A stretch of DNA of 64,000 nucleotides. Origin: an uncultured Gemmatimonadales bacterium. Its GTDB lineage: Bacteria > Gemmatimonadota > Gemmatimonadetes > Gemmatimonadales > GWC2-71-9. Made by a program: the position numbers and the translations under genes. Location of the stretch: contig CAWJIM010000001.1 of NCBI GenBank assembly GCA_963842945.1, forward strand, positions 161,440 to 225,439, given 5' to 3'. Shown piece by piece: positions 20,242 to 30,479 of the stretch (position 1 is the stretch's first letter; the number at the start of each line of letters is the position of its first letter). Under the pieces are notes generated by a model, which did no database searches, had not been told where the DNA came from, and saw nothing but the letters and a program-made list of their open reading frames with translations.

Positions 20242-20312
20242 GGGGCTTCGAGCATCCACTCTGGCGTGCGATTCTCTGCAGTACTCAACCACCGGATGCA
20301 GTCAGGTCAGGA

Positions 20313-20346
20313 GAAAGCAAACGCCCCGGGTTGAGCCCGGGGCGTT
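20313..20346 (-). terminator. Intrinsic terminator after groL
   Basis: 11-bp stem AACGCCCCGGG/CCCGGGGCGTT followed by a T-rich tail. Confidence 0.85.
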
Positions 20347-20373
20347 CGGTTACAACGTTGGCTGCGGTCGGGC

Positions 20374-22008
<1,635 letters not shown>

Positions 22009-22053
22009 TCATCTCCTGTAAGGATTCGGGAGGCAGGTGCCGCCCGTGTCGGT

Positions 22054-22368
22054 TTAGCTGATCTTGGCCAGAACGTCGGATGCCTTGATGATGATCACCT
22101 CTTCGTCGCCCAGCTGAAACGGGGTGCCGCTGTACTTCCCGTAGATCACGCTGTCGCCGACCTTGAGGTCGACCGGTACCCGCTGTCCCTTCTCAATCCG
22201 GCCCGGGCCGACAGCGATCACTTCACCCTGGGTCGGCTTTTCCTTGGCCGTGTCCGGAATGTACAGACCCCCTCGCATGGTCTCCGCCTCATCGGACGGC
22301 ATGATCACGACGCGATCCTCCAGGGGCTGCAGCTTGAGACTGGGCTTGGCCTTGGTAGCAGTTGCCAT
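22054..22368 (-). CDS. groS: Co-chaperonin GroES
   Basis: LQPLEDRVV, GGLYIPDTAKEKP, VIAVGPG; GGAGG RBS before ATG. Confidence 0.98.
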   Translation of the reverse strand: MATATKAKPSLKLQPLEDRVVIMPSDEAETMRGGLYIPDTAKEKPTQGEVIAVGPGRIEKGQRVPVDLKVGDSVIYGKYSGTPFQLGDEEVIIIKASDVLAKIS

Positions 22369-22426
22369 CGGTACGACCTCCACTACTGGTTAGGTTGAGC
22401 GGCGTAAGCCGCTGATATAATAGGAG

Positions 22427-22453
22427 TTGGCACTCTTGGTGTGCGAGTGCTAA
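22427..22453 (-). promoter_or_regulatory. CIRCE operator (HrcA binding site)
   Basis: TTAGCACTC-N9-GAGTGCCAA, one mismatch to consensus, upstream of groS. Confidence 0.93.
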
Positions 22454-22460
22454 GACCCGG

Positions 22461-22488
22461 AAAATAAGACCAAAGCTCTTGCTGTCAA
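22461..22488 (-). promoter_or_regulatory. Sigma70-type groESL promoter
   Basis: TTGACA-N16-TATTTT immediately upstream of CIRCE. Confidence 0.6.
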
Positions 22489-22661
22489 GACGCTTGTCTA
22501 GCCGCGACCCTAGGCAATCGAAGTGCCCATGAAACGCGCCAGGTTGGCAGATTTTTACCGTTGGAGACCCGTACTAAGGCAGGCCGGACTGCCGCTAGGG
22601 TAGGCAATTATCCGGTTGATGATTGAAGCCCGCGGGACACGAGCCCACGAGTACCTTCCGC

Positions 22662-23660
22662 TCAGCGGCCTCCCTCCTGGATCAGCCGCCGAACTCCCAC
22701 CCACCGCCGATACCACCATCGTCCGTAAGGGTCCACCGCACTGAGCGTGCTGATCTGGACCCCTTTGGTAGCACTATGAATGAACCGGCTTTGTCCGAGG
22801 TACAGTCCCACGTGCGTGACTGGTCCTCCGCGATTGGAAAAAGTGAGCAGGTCTCCCGGCCGTAATCGCTCGAGCTTTCGGTCCACCTTGGTGCCCTGGC
22901 GCGCCTGATCTGTGCTCCGGCGGGGAAGCACAATCCCGTGCTTTGCGTAGGCGTACTGGATCAGCCCCGAGCAGTCGAATCCCTCCCCATTCTCGCCGGT
23001 CCCGCCATACTCGTAGGGCCGGCCCATCGCTTCAGTGGCGGTGGCGATCACCGAATCGGCCAGCGTGAGCGGGGCGGTTTGGGAGTCCGCCACCACTGGT
23101 GGCGGCGCGCCGTGCACCACTCGAGGTGGGGCGGCCGCGGGCGGCGGCGCCGTCGGCGGGGACGCGGAGGAGCCTCCCAGGTGAACCGCCATGCCGATCG
23201 CGAGCTCGAGGCCGGCGCCGCCTCCCAGGGAAAGCCCTCGCCAACGGCCTTCCGCGCCCACGGAGAGGAAGGAGAGGGGGAACAGGTCGTATCCTCCCCC
23301 CAGCGACCAGGAGCCCCAGGGATCGGAGAAGTCGTTTGACGTTTCCGACCCCATCCCACCACTCAATCCGGCGACCAGATACGGACCGCCCTCTCTTTTC
23401 CGAAATGCGGTGAGATCGGCCCCGACGCCCGCCAATCGTCCCGCGTCACCCTGGAACCGTCGCGATAGCTCCCCATGTAGCTGAACGCCGATCACCCCCG
23501 CGAGAGGCTGGCTGAGTCCGAGTCGGTAGGTGGTCCATTCGGTGGAATCCCAGAAGTGGCCCACTCGCATCTCTACGGCCTGGGAATGCACCGGAGAACT
23601 CCAGGCCAGGAGCACGCAGCTCAGCGATACGGGAATGTGGTGATGGACGAACGAGCTCAT
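22662..23660 (-). CDS. NlpC/P60 (C40) peptidase with N-terminal beta-barrel-like domain and Pro-rich linker
   Basis: GRPYEYGG, GFDCSGL, THVGLY, FIHS; signal peptide; amphipathic strands before the PPTAPPP linker. Confidence 0.88.
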   Translation of the reverse strand: MSSFVHHHIPVSLSCVLLAWSSPVHSQAVEMRVGHFWDSTEWTTYRLGLSQPLAGVIGVQLHGELSRRFQGDAGRLAGVGADLTAFRKREGGPYLVAGLSGGMGSETSNDFSDPWGSWSLGGGYDLFPLSFLSVGAEGRWRGLSLGGGAGLELAIGMAVHLGGSSASPPTAPPPAAAPPRVVHGAPPPVVADSQTAPLTLADSVIATATEAMGRPYEYGGTGENGEGFDCSGLIQYAYAKHGIVLPRRSTDQARQGTKVDRKLERLRPGDLLTFSNRGGPVTHVGLYLGQSRFIHSATKGVQISTLSAVDPYGRWWYRRWVGVRRLIQEGGR

Positions 23661-24061
23661 GGTCTCGAGCGACCCTCCGCCTCTCGCACCGGCCGGCCGG
23701 TTCGCAGGTCAACCCGATACGGAGTGCCCGGCCGGCAATCGTTCCACAGCATGGCGCGCATGGTCGAGTCGTTTAACAGCGTGGGAGCTTCTCCGGTGTA
23801 TAGGAGCGGAACGGGAAGACGGCGGCCCTCGCGCCGGATCTCCAGGCCTCGCTCCAGGCAGGCCTGGCCTCCGCTGGACCGGGCCGGCCGTGATAGCGTG
23901 AACCAGATTTCAACCCCAGCGGGAGCGGTCGTCGCCAAAGACTCTTCGGGTTCCGCTACGACTTCGCCTCGATCGGTAGCTCGAGGTCGCTCGGTTCGCC
24001 CGCACGCCGAGAGCAACGCGACAGCCCATACCAACTGCCTGCCGTACTTTGCAGGGATCAT
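23657..24061 (-). CDS. Hypothetical lipoprotein
   Basis: Lipobox LSAC; stop overlaps next start. Confidence 0.65.
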   Translation of the reverse strand: MIPAKYGRQLVWAVALLSACGRTERPRATDRGEVVAEPEESLATTAPAGVEIWFTLSRPARSSGGQACLERGLEIRREGRRLPVPLLYTGEAPTLLNDSTMRAMLWNDCRPGTPYRVDLRTGRPVREAEGRSRP

Positions 24062-24065
24062 CGGA

Positions 24066-24395
24066 TCAGGCCGGTGGAGACGGCTCGGGCTCCGAGATCT
24101 CCTCCGGAACCTCGGGAACCACGGAAAATTCCGTTGTATCCGGTGTTCCATCTTCGGTTACTGCCAGGACCTCCCGAACCTCGGGCGAGCGGCGCAGGTA
24201 GTGAAGCCAGCCGATCAGCGCCGCGAAGCCGGCAAGCCCACCGCAAACGGCGGTCACGGCCAACCCCCGCACCGGATCGTCCAGGTTCATCGCAAGGAGC
24301 GCGCCCACGACTGCCCCGAAAAATGAAGCTGCCCACGCCAGGAATGGTGTGAGCAGCCAACCGAAGATGCGAAAGAAAAGTCGGACCCAGCGCAT
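24066..24395 (-). CDS. Small hypothetical membrane protein
   Basis: Two hydrophobic helices, acidic tail; tight operon spacing. Confidence 0.65.
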   Translation of the reverse strand: MRWVRLFFRIFGWLLTPFLAWAASFFGAVVGALLAMNLDDPVRGLAVTAVCGGLAGFAALIGWLHYLRRSPEVREVLAVTEDGTPDTTEFSVVPEVPEEISEPEPSPPA

Positions 24396-24399
24396 CAGG

Positions 24400-25026
24400 T
24401 CAGGTGCGGCGCTTTCCGATACCCGAGATGAGCGTGGCCAGGGCGAGTCCGGGAAGGAACGTCACCGCGAAAGTCCCCAGTCCCCAGCGCGCGCCGGGAA
24501 ACCCGAGGAGCGTTGCCGCAGTTCCAATCAGCAGAGCCAGAACCAGGGCGGTAATCAGTCCCTGCCCCACCGATGGGCTCCCGTTGCGAGTAGTCTGATT
24601 GGCCAGGAGCCATGCCCCCATCCAGGGAATGAATGTTCCCACCATCCACCAGACTGGATGGTACCACCAGTTGCTCCCCCCGCCGATCTCATACCAACGG
24701 TTGGTGTAGGTCCCGATGTTCTGGAGCAGCATGACATCGACCAGCAGAAACACGACGGTAGCGCCGAGGCCGATACCCGCGGCCCCGGCTATTCCCTCGA
24801 TGGTCCGGGGCCGGGTCCACAGCCCCGGTAGCATGCTGACTGCAGCAAGCCCGACCATCAGGATGATGCCGCAGACGATCGTCTCCACCGCCCCACCGAG
24901 CAGCCGTGAAGCCAGCGAGAACAGCAGTACCGCAATGCTCTCGAGCAGGCCGAGCTTGACGGAGCCCGCCACGATGGCGGGAACCGCGGTGAGATCGTAG
25001 TCCCGGTTCAGCTCTGCCGTCGTCAT
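24400..25026 (-). CDS. Hypothetical multi-TM membrane protein
   Basis: About six hydrophobic helices; GGAG RBS; candidate -10 TATACT near 25060. Confidence 0.75.
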   Translation of the reverse strand: MTTAELNRDYDLTAVPAIVAGSVKLGLLESIAVLLFSLASRLLGGAVETIVCGIILMVGLAAVSMLPGLWTRPRTIEGIAGAAGIGLGATVVFLLVDVMLLQNIGTYTNRWYEIGGGSNWWYHPVWWMVGTFIPWMGAWLLANQTTRNGSPSVGQGLITALVLALLIGTAATLLGFPGARWGLGTFAVTFLPGLALATLISGIGKRRT

Positions 25027-25092
25027 GCCTTCTCCGTATTCAGTCGGGGAAGCTCAAGTATACCGGAACGGCGGGGGCGCGGCCAAGGGCCG

Positions 25093-26010
25093 TCAGGTGG
25101 CCCACGCGAGTGCCACGGCGACATCCGTCACCGCCCAGGCGAGGAGCGCACGGTACATGCCGCGCTGATGGTCCCGGGTGGACATCCGGCTTTCCCGGCG
25201 GAGCCAGGGCACCAGCACGAGCGTCCAGCCCATTGCGGCCACTGCCAGAAGAGACCAACGCCAGCGTTCGTCGTGAGACCACCCACTCTTCCCTGCCGCC
25301 CCTGCCAACAGAACGAAGGCGAGTACCGCAGCCGCATGGGCAACGAGGAGACTTTTTCTTCGTCCCAGGGAGAGCGCGAGGGTCCGATCACCCCGGCGGG
25401 TATCCTCCTCGAACTGATAGATCTGCGTCAGGGGATAAAGGGCGGCGAACAGGGGACAGAAGGCAAATAGAATCAGTGCTCCCGTAGGTCCGAGAGGCAA
25501 ACCCGTGGCCGCCCAACCGGCGTACGGCGTCAGGGTGCCGAAGCCCCACATGTTGATGAGCCAGTCGGCTCCAGGCACCGCCTTCAGGCGTAAGGGCGGA
25601 GCCGAATACAGCACGGAGAGCAACACACAAATCGCATAAGCGGGCAGGTACCCTCGCGGGAGCCAGAGCGCTCCGACCAGCCCAATGAGCATCAGTCCGA
25701 GTCCAAAGGCTGCCAGCCCGCGCGGCGGTGGCGGAGGCTGCCGAAGGTAGGCCACGTCTCCCTCATCCCGGTCGAACGCGCTGTTGAATGCCAGGGTACC
25801 CCCGTTCAGGCAGATCACCCAAAGCGCGATTCCGAGGACACCACTCGCCAGCCGGTCGCTTCTGAATGCGTTGGGAGCGCCCACGGCCAGGAAATATCCC
25901 AGCGCCGTGTGCGCCGCGACGATGGGCCATTCGGCCGGCCGGGTGTGCAGCAGAAAGTCGAACCCGCTGCCGAGCAGTCGGTACCCTGCCCGCCTCGGCC
26001 AGCTCACCAC
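25093..26010 (-). CDS. UbiA-family prenyltransferase
   Basis: NSAFDRDEGD, YSAPPLRLK, QFEEDTRRGDRT motifs; multiple TMs; start overlaps coaX stop. Confidence 0.85.
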   Translation of the reverse strand: MVSWPRRAGYRLLGSGFDFLLHTRPAEWPIVAAHTALGYFLAVGAPNAFRSDRLASGVLGIALWVICLNGGTLAFNSAFDRDEGDVAYLRQPPPPPRGLAAFGLGLMLIGLVGALWLPRGYLPAYAICVLLSVLYSAPPLRLKAVPGADWLINMWGFGTLTPYAGWAATGLPLGPTGALILFAFCPLFAALYPLTQIYQFEEDTRRGDRTLALSLGRRKSLLVAHAAAVLAFVLLAGAAGKSGWSHDERWRWSLLAVAAMGWTLVLVPWLRRESRMSTRDHQRGMYRALLAWAVTDVAVALAWAT

Positions 26011-26783
26011 TCCAGACCGAGGTGTCCGGCGGCGATCCGAAGTCCGCGCAAGGTCAGATCCGGATCGGTTAGCTCGATGCTGGTGGTCAGGGGAGCGACG
26101 ACGGAGGCCAGCCCCCCGGTAGCCACCACCCGGGGACGGGTGGCGCCGGGCCATTCCTGCATGATCCGGCGGATCATACCGTCGACCGAGTCAGCCGCTC
26201 CAAAGAGCACCCCGGCCTGGATGCATTCCTCCGTGCGCCGGCCGATCACCCGCGCTGGAGCCCGCAACTCGGTGGCCGGCAGCTTGGCGGCACGTCGGGT
26301 CAGCTGGTCGGCAGAAGTCCGGAGGCCGGGCATGATGGCCCCTCCGATGAACCGGGCATCGGCCGTCACGCAATCGAACGTGGTGGCGGTGCCGAAGTCG
26401 ACCACCACGCTATCCGCCCGAAACAGCTCGACCGCGGCGAGCACATTCACGATCCGGTCGGCTCCCACAGTCAGCGGCTCGTCCACATCGAGCCGTACCG
26501 GGAGCGGCGATTGCGCATCCACCGAGACGCCGGTGCACCCGGTGGCCAGGGCGATGCCAGCCACGATGCTCTGGGTCACTGTTGGCGCGACGGAGGCCAG
26601 ACAAACGGCACGCACCTCATTCGGCGAGTGTCCGCTCTGGACCAGGAAGCCGCCGATAGCGCTGCCCCATTCGTCAGGCGTGCGATCCGGATTGGTGGTG
26701 AGCCGCCAGTGTGCCTCCAACTCTCCACCCCGAAACAGCCCGACCGTGATCTCCGTGTTGCCGATATCGAGAGTGAGCAGCAT
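26004..26783 (-). CDS. coaX: Type III pantothenate kinase
   Basis: LDIGNT, VGADR, VVDFGTATT, GGAIMPG, ATGG. Confidence 0.96.
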   Translation of the reverse strand: MLLTLDIGNTEITVGLFRGGELEAHWRLTTNPDRTPDEWGSAIGGFLVQSGHSPNEVRAVCLASVAPTVTQSIVAGIALATGCTGVSVDAQSPLPVRLDVDEPLTVGADRIVNVLAAVELFRADSVVVDFGTATTFDCVTADARFIGGAIMPGLRTSADQLTRRAAKLPATELRAPARVIGRRTEECIQAGVLFGAADSVDGMIRRIMQEWPGATRPRVVATGGLASVVAPLTTSIELTDPDLTLRGLRIAAGHLGLEW

Positions 26784-26786
26784 GTA

Positions 26787-27506
26787 TCACCGAGTGGGAG
26801 AAACGCTCGCCAGCTCCACCGAGCCGTGACGCAGAGACACGTGGGACCCTTCAGGAGTAAGCACCCGCAGCGCGCCGTCATCGTTCAGGCCTGCCACAAT
26901 CCCGGGCAGGGGCTCCCGGATCTCCCGGCCATCGAGCCAGCTTCGACCGGCAAAGAGCTCGAGCTCCGCCGCAGATAGTCGTTCCGGTCCGAGATCCAGA
27001 GCGCGGAGGGCGGCCGACACCGAGTGGAGCACGTTCTCCAACCGGATATCAGGCTCCAGCTCGATGAGAGAGACTGCAGTTTCCCGGAGCTCGCCCGGTA
27101 CCGGATTCCGGACATTGAGGCCTACACCCACGGCGATCCAACCCAGGGCCCCTCCCTGCCATCGGGCCTCGCACAGAATACCGCCCAGCTTGCGTCCATC
27201 GAGCATTAGGTCATTGGGCCACTTCAGGCTTACCGGCGTCCGCACATGAGGGTCCAGGGCCCGCGCCACCGCCAACCCCACCCGGACGCTCAGCAGCTCC
27301 AATCCACCAGTCGACGGCGGACGGTAGAGCGCGCTGAGCCAGAGTCCGCCAGGCGGTGAATGCCACGGTCGGCCTCGCGAGCCCCGACCCTGGAGCTGCT
27401 CGTTGGCGATCACCATGCTTCCGGCGTCAGCGCCTCGCTCGGCCAGCTCATGGATCAGATCCATGGTCGACGCCACTCGCTCGAATTCGTACGTTGCCGC
27501 CCTCAC
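26787..27506 (-). CDS. birA: Biotin--protein ligase without HTH
   Basis: QLQGRGSRGRPW, LKWPND, KLGGIL, GVGLN. Confidence 0.94.
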   Translation of the reverse strand: MRAATYEFERVASTMDLIHELAERGADAGSMVIANEQLQGRGSRGRPWHSPPGGLWLSALYRPPSTGGLELLSVRVGLAVARALDPHVRTPVSLKWPNDLMLDGRKLGGILCEARWQGGALGWIAVGVGLNVRNPVPGELRETAVSLIELEPDIRLENVLHSVSAALRALDLGPERLSAAELELFAGRSWLDGREIREPLPGIVAGLNDDGALRVLTPEGSHVSLRHGSVELASVSPTR

Positions 27507-27507
27507 C

Positions 27508-28305
27508 TCAGGTCCCCATCAGGAGCAGCAGGACGCCGAGGGCAATTCGATACCAGGCAAAGACCCGGAAGCTGTGGCCCGATACATATCGCAGCAACGC
27601 CTTCACCACCACCAGTGCGGAAAGGAAGGACACTCCGAACCCGACCAGGAACATGGGAACATCGGCCCGACTCAGCGTCGACCAGCTCTTCAGCAGATCG
27701 TACCCGGTTGCCGCGAGCATCACCGGAATGGCCAGAAAAAAGGAGAATTCAGTGGCCGTAATCCGGGTCAACCCGAGAGCGTATCCTCCCATGATGGTGG
27801 CACCGGAACGGGAGGTGCCTGGGACCAGCGAAAGCACCTGGGCCAGCCCGATGCCGAAGGCTGTTCGGGGAGGAACCCGGTTCACCTCATCGATAGTTCC
27901 GCGTGGCGACCAGCGCTCGATCAGAAGGATCAACACCCCACCGACGATCAGCGCGGCGATCACCACCTCCGGATTGAAGAGCCGGGCCTTGATCCAGTCG
28001 TGCGCCAGGAAGCCGATTGCTGCCGCGGGAAGAAACGCGATCAACAGATTCAGCAGAAATTGCCGGCTCTCGGTGTCCCTGCCCGCCGCTATCACGGCTC
28101 GAGTGAGACGCCGGCGATACAGCCACACCACAGCGAGGATGGCTCCCAGCTGAATGAAGATATCGAAGGTCTTGGCTCGCTCGTCCACCAGATGCAGCCA
28201 GTTGCTGACCAAAATCAGATGGCCGGTGGAAGACACGGGAACGAACTCCGTGGCGCCCTCCACCAGGCCCAGCACGGCGGCCTTCCAAAGCAGGTCAGGC
28301 GACAC
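27508..28305 (-). CDS. uppP: Undecaprenyl-diphosphate phosphatase
   Basis: EGATEFVPVSSTGHL, IQLGA, PGTSRSG, EFSFFLAIP. Confidence 0.97.
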   Translation of the reverse strand: MSPDLLWKAAVLGLVEGATEFVPVSSTGHLILVSNWLHLVDERAKTFDIFIQLGAILAVVWLYRRRLTRAVIAAGRDTESRQFLLNLLIAFLPAAAIGFLAHDWIKARLFNPEVVIAALIVGGVLILLIERWSPRGTIDEVNRVPPRTAFGIGLAQVLSLVPGTSRSGATIMGGYALGLTRITATEFSFFLAIPVMLAATGYDLLKSWSTLSRADVPMFLVGFGVSFLSALVVVKALLRYVSGHSFRVFAWYRIALGVLLLLMGT

Positions 28306-28314
28306 GGAATAGAA

Positions 28315-29439
28315 TCAGGACAGGACTTCCTGATAGAAGGACTCGTACATCGGAACGATGCGGTCAGCCGAGAATTGTTCCGCTTTGGCGATGGCCGCCT
28401 GCCGCATGGCCTCGTGGCGCTCGGGATCGCGCAGCAGCTCGACCGCCCGTCGGCCCATCGCCTCCACGGAGCCGACCGGCTCGAGCATGCCATTCACCCC
28501 ATCATCGATGACTTCGGGCAGCCCTCCCGCGCGGCTGGCAACCACGGGCGATCCGCAGGCCATCGCCTCCAGCGCAGCCAGCCCGAAGGACTCGGTTTGC
28601 GAAGGCAGAACGAACAGATCGCTTCCCTGCAGGAGCGAGGCCACCGAGTCCAGCCGCCCCAGAAACCGCACGTCACTGTCTACGCCCAGCTCCCGCGCCT
28701 CGTTCTCAGCATCCACCCGCTCGGGGCCGTCTCCGATCATGATGAGCATTGCCGGCATGGCTCGCCGGATCCGGGCGAAGACCCGGACCACGTCCTTCAC
28801 CCGTTTGACCTCCCGAAAATTCGAGACGTGGGTGATCAACTTGTGGCCGGAGGGCGCCAGCCGGTCGCGGCATCCCGGCTCGCCGGGCCGGTACTCCTGC
28901 AGGTTCACAAAGTTGGGAATGACTCGTATGTCGCAGGTGCCGCAGCCAAACGCGCGATAGGTCTCTTCTCGGAGATACGTCGATACGGCTGAGACTGCAT
29001 CGGATTGTTCGATGGAAAATTTGGTGATGCCGTAGAAGCTCGACTCCTGACCGACCAGCGTGATGTCGGTTCCGTGAAGGGTGGTGATCACCCGCAGGGG
29101 CCACTCGCCATTCAACATCTCCCGGGCAAGGTATGCAGTGGTGGCATGAGGAATGGCGTAATGTACGTGCAACACCTCGAGCCGTTCCCGCAGGACCACC
29201 TCGTGCTGCTTCGAGGCGAGCGCCAGGGTATACGGGAAGTGATCGAAGAGCGGGTAACGACCCATCCTGGTTTCCACCTGATGGAAGTAGACCCGCTCGG
29301 CGTACCCCCGAAGTCGAAAAGGTGAGTCATAGGTGATGAAGTGCACTTCGTGCCCTCGCCGCGCCAGATCCAGGCCTAGCTCGGTGGCGACGGCGCCGGA
29401 TCCGCCGTAGGTGGGATAACAGGTGATGCCGATCTTCAT
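28315..29439 (-). CDS. bshA: N-acetyl-alpha-D-glucosaminyl L-malate synthase
   Basis: MKIGITCYPTYGGSG, HVHYAIPH, TTLHGTDIT, HVSNFR, ESFGLAALEA. Confidence 0.93.
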   Translation of the reverse strand: MKIGITCYPTYGGSGAVATELGLDLARRGHEVHFITYDSPFRLRGYAERVYFHQVETRMGRYPLFDHFPYTLALASKQHEVVLRERLEVLHVHYAIPHATTAYLAREMLNGEWPLRVITTLHGTDITLVGQESSFYGITKFSIEQSDAVSAVSTYLREETYRAFGCGTCDIRVIPNFVNLQEYRPGEPGCRDRLAPSGHKLITHVSNFREVKRVKDVVRVFARIRRAMPAMLIMIGDGPERVDAENEARELGVDSDVRFLGRLDSVASLLQGSDLFVLPSQTESFGLAALEAMACGSPVVASRAGGLPEVIDDGVNGMLEPVGSVEAMGRRAVELLRDPERHEAMRQAAIAKAEQFSADRIVPMYESFYQEVLS

Positions 29440-29569
29440 GGGAGCTGGGAGCTGGGAGCTGGGAGCTCGCAGCAGAGCCGCAGGACAACGGTGCCGCCCA
29501 TAGATTCCTTCCTTGATCGAATGCCTTCGGTTCAGCCCGGCTCCCCGCTCCTAGCTCCCAGCCCCAGCT
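29440..29569. repeat. Inverted pair of heptamer arrays: (GGGAGCT)4 and degenerate (GCTCCCA)4
   Basis: Four perfect copies at 29440-29467; complementary copies at 29540-29569. Confidence 0.9.
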
Positions 29570-30479
29570 TCTTTCCCAGAGCCGCGATCTCGGCCGCCAG
29601 CTTTTCCGGCGGGCGGGTGGCATCGAGAGTGGTTACCTGACCGCTGAGTTGATGCCGAAACCAGGTTTCCTGCCGCTTGGCATACTGGCGAGTGTTGATG
29701 GTGATTGCCTCCGCCACCGTGTCTCTCGGTCGCGCGCCATGCAGGTATTCCACGGCCTCCTTGATGCCGATCCCATCCAAGCCCGGGGCATGGGGCTGGT
29801 GTCCCTCGGCCAGTACCGCCGCGACTTCTTCGATCAGGCCGCGGCGGACCATCTCCTCCGCCCGGCGGGCAATTCGCCGATGCAGCACTGCCCGGGGAAC
29901 TGTCAGCACAATGTACCACGGGTCGAGCGAGCCCTGGGCCCGGGCTGCTTCCTGCCAATAGGAAAGCGGCCGGCCACTGAGGAGCGCCACTTCGATGGCT
30001 CGGGCTGCTCGTTGCCGGCCGCCTCCGCGGAAGCCCGGGTCCAGCCGGGAAGCCCACCGGAGAAGCTCGATCGGCTCGAGCCGCGCGGTCCATGCGTCGA
30101 GCGACCGCCGTCGGGCGGGATCCAAAGCCGGCTCGGTGAAGAGGCCTTCAGCCAGAGCCCGGACGTAGAGTCCCGTGCCTCCGACCAGCATCGGCTGCTT
30201 GTCACGGACCCGGATATCAGTCAGCCACCGCACCCCATCCCGGGCAAAATGACCGGCACTGTACCGGCAGCCGGGCTCCACCACATCCACTCCGTGATGG
30301 GGCGCGCGCGCCCGCTCCTTGGGCGAAGGCTTCGCGGTTCCGATGTCCAGCCGGCGGTAAACCTGGCGCGAGTCGGCGGAGACGACCTCGAGCGGCCAAT
30401 AGGCGGTGAGGGCCAACGCTACTGCCGTCTTGCCTACGGCTGTCGGACCAACCAGGACCGGAACCTTACCGCCGGCCAA
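29532..30479 (-). CDS. miaA: tRNA dimethylallyltransferase
   Basis: GPTAVGKT, SADSRQVY, DIGTAKP, VGGTGLY, TRQYAKRQETW; TTG start overlapping mutL end assumed. Confidence 0.96.
   Translation of the reverse strand: MAGGKVPVLVGPTAVGKTAVALALTAYWPLEVVSADSRQVYRRLDIGTAKPSPKERARAPHHGVDVVEPGCRYSAGHFARDGVRWLTDIRVRDKQPMLVGGTGLYVRALAEGLFTEPALDPARRRSLDAWTARLEPIELLRWASRLDPGFRGGGRQRAARAIEVALLSGRPLSYWQEAARAQGSLDPWYIVLTVPRAVLHRRIARRAEEMVRRGLIEEVAAVLAEGHQPHAPGLDGIGIKEAVEYLHGARPRDTVAEAITINTRQYAKRQETWFRHQLSGQVTTLDATRPPEKLAAEIAALGKKLGLGARSGEPG

Noticed and set aside
22540..22560. Possible sigma54 box TTGGCAGATTTTTACC
   Set aside because: Lacks the GC at -12 spacing and points away from groES.
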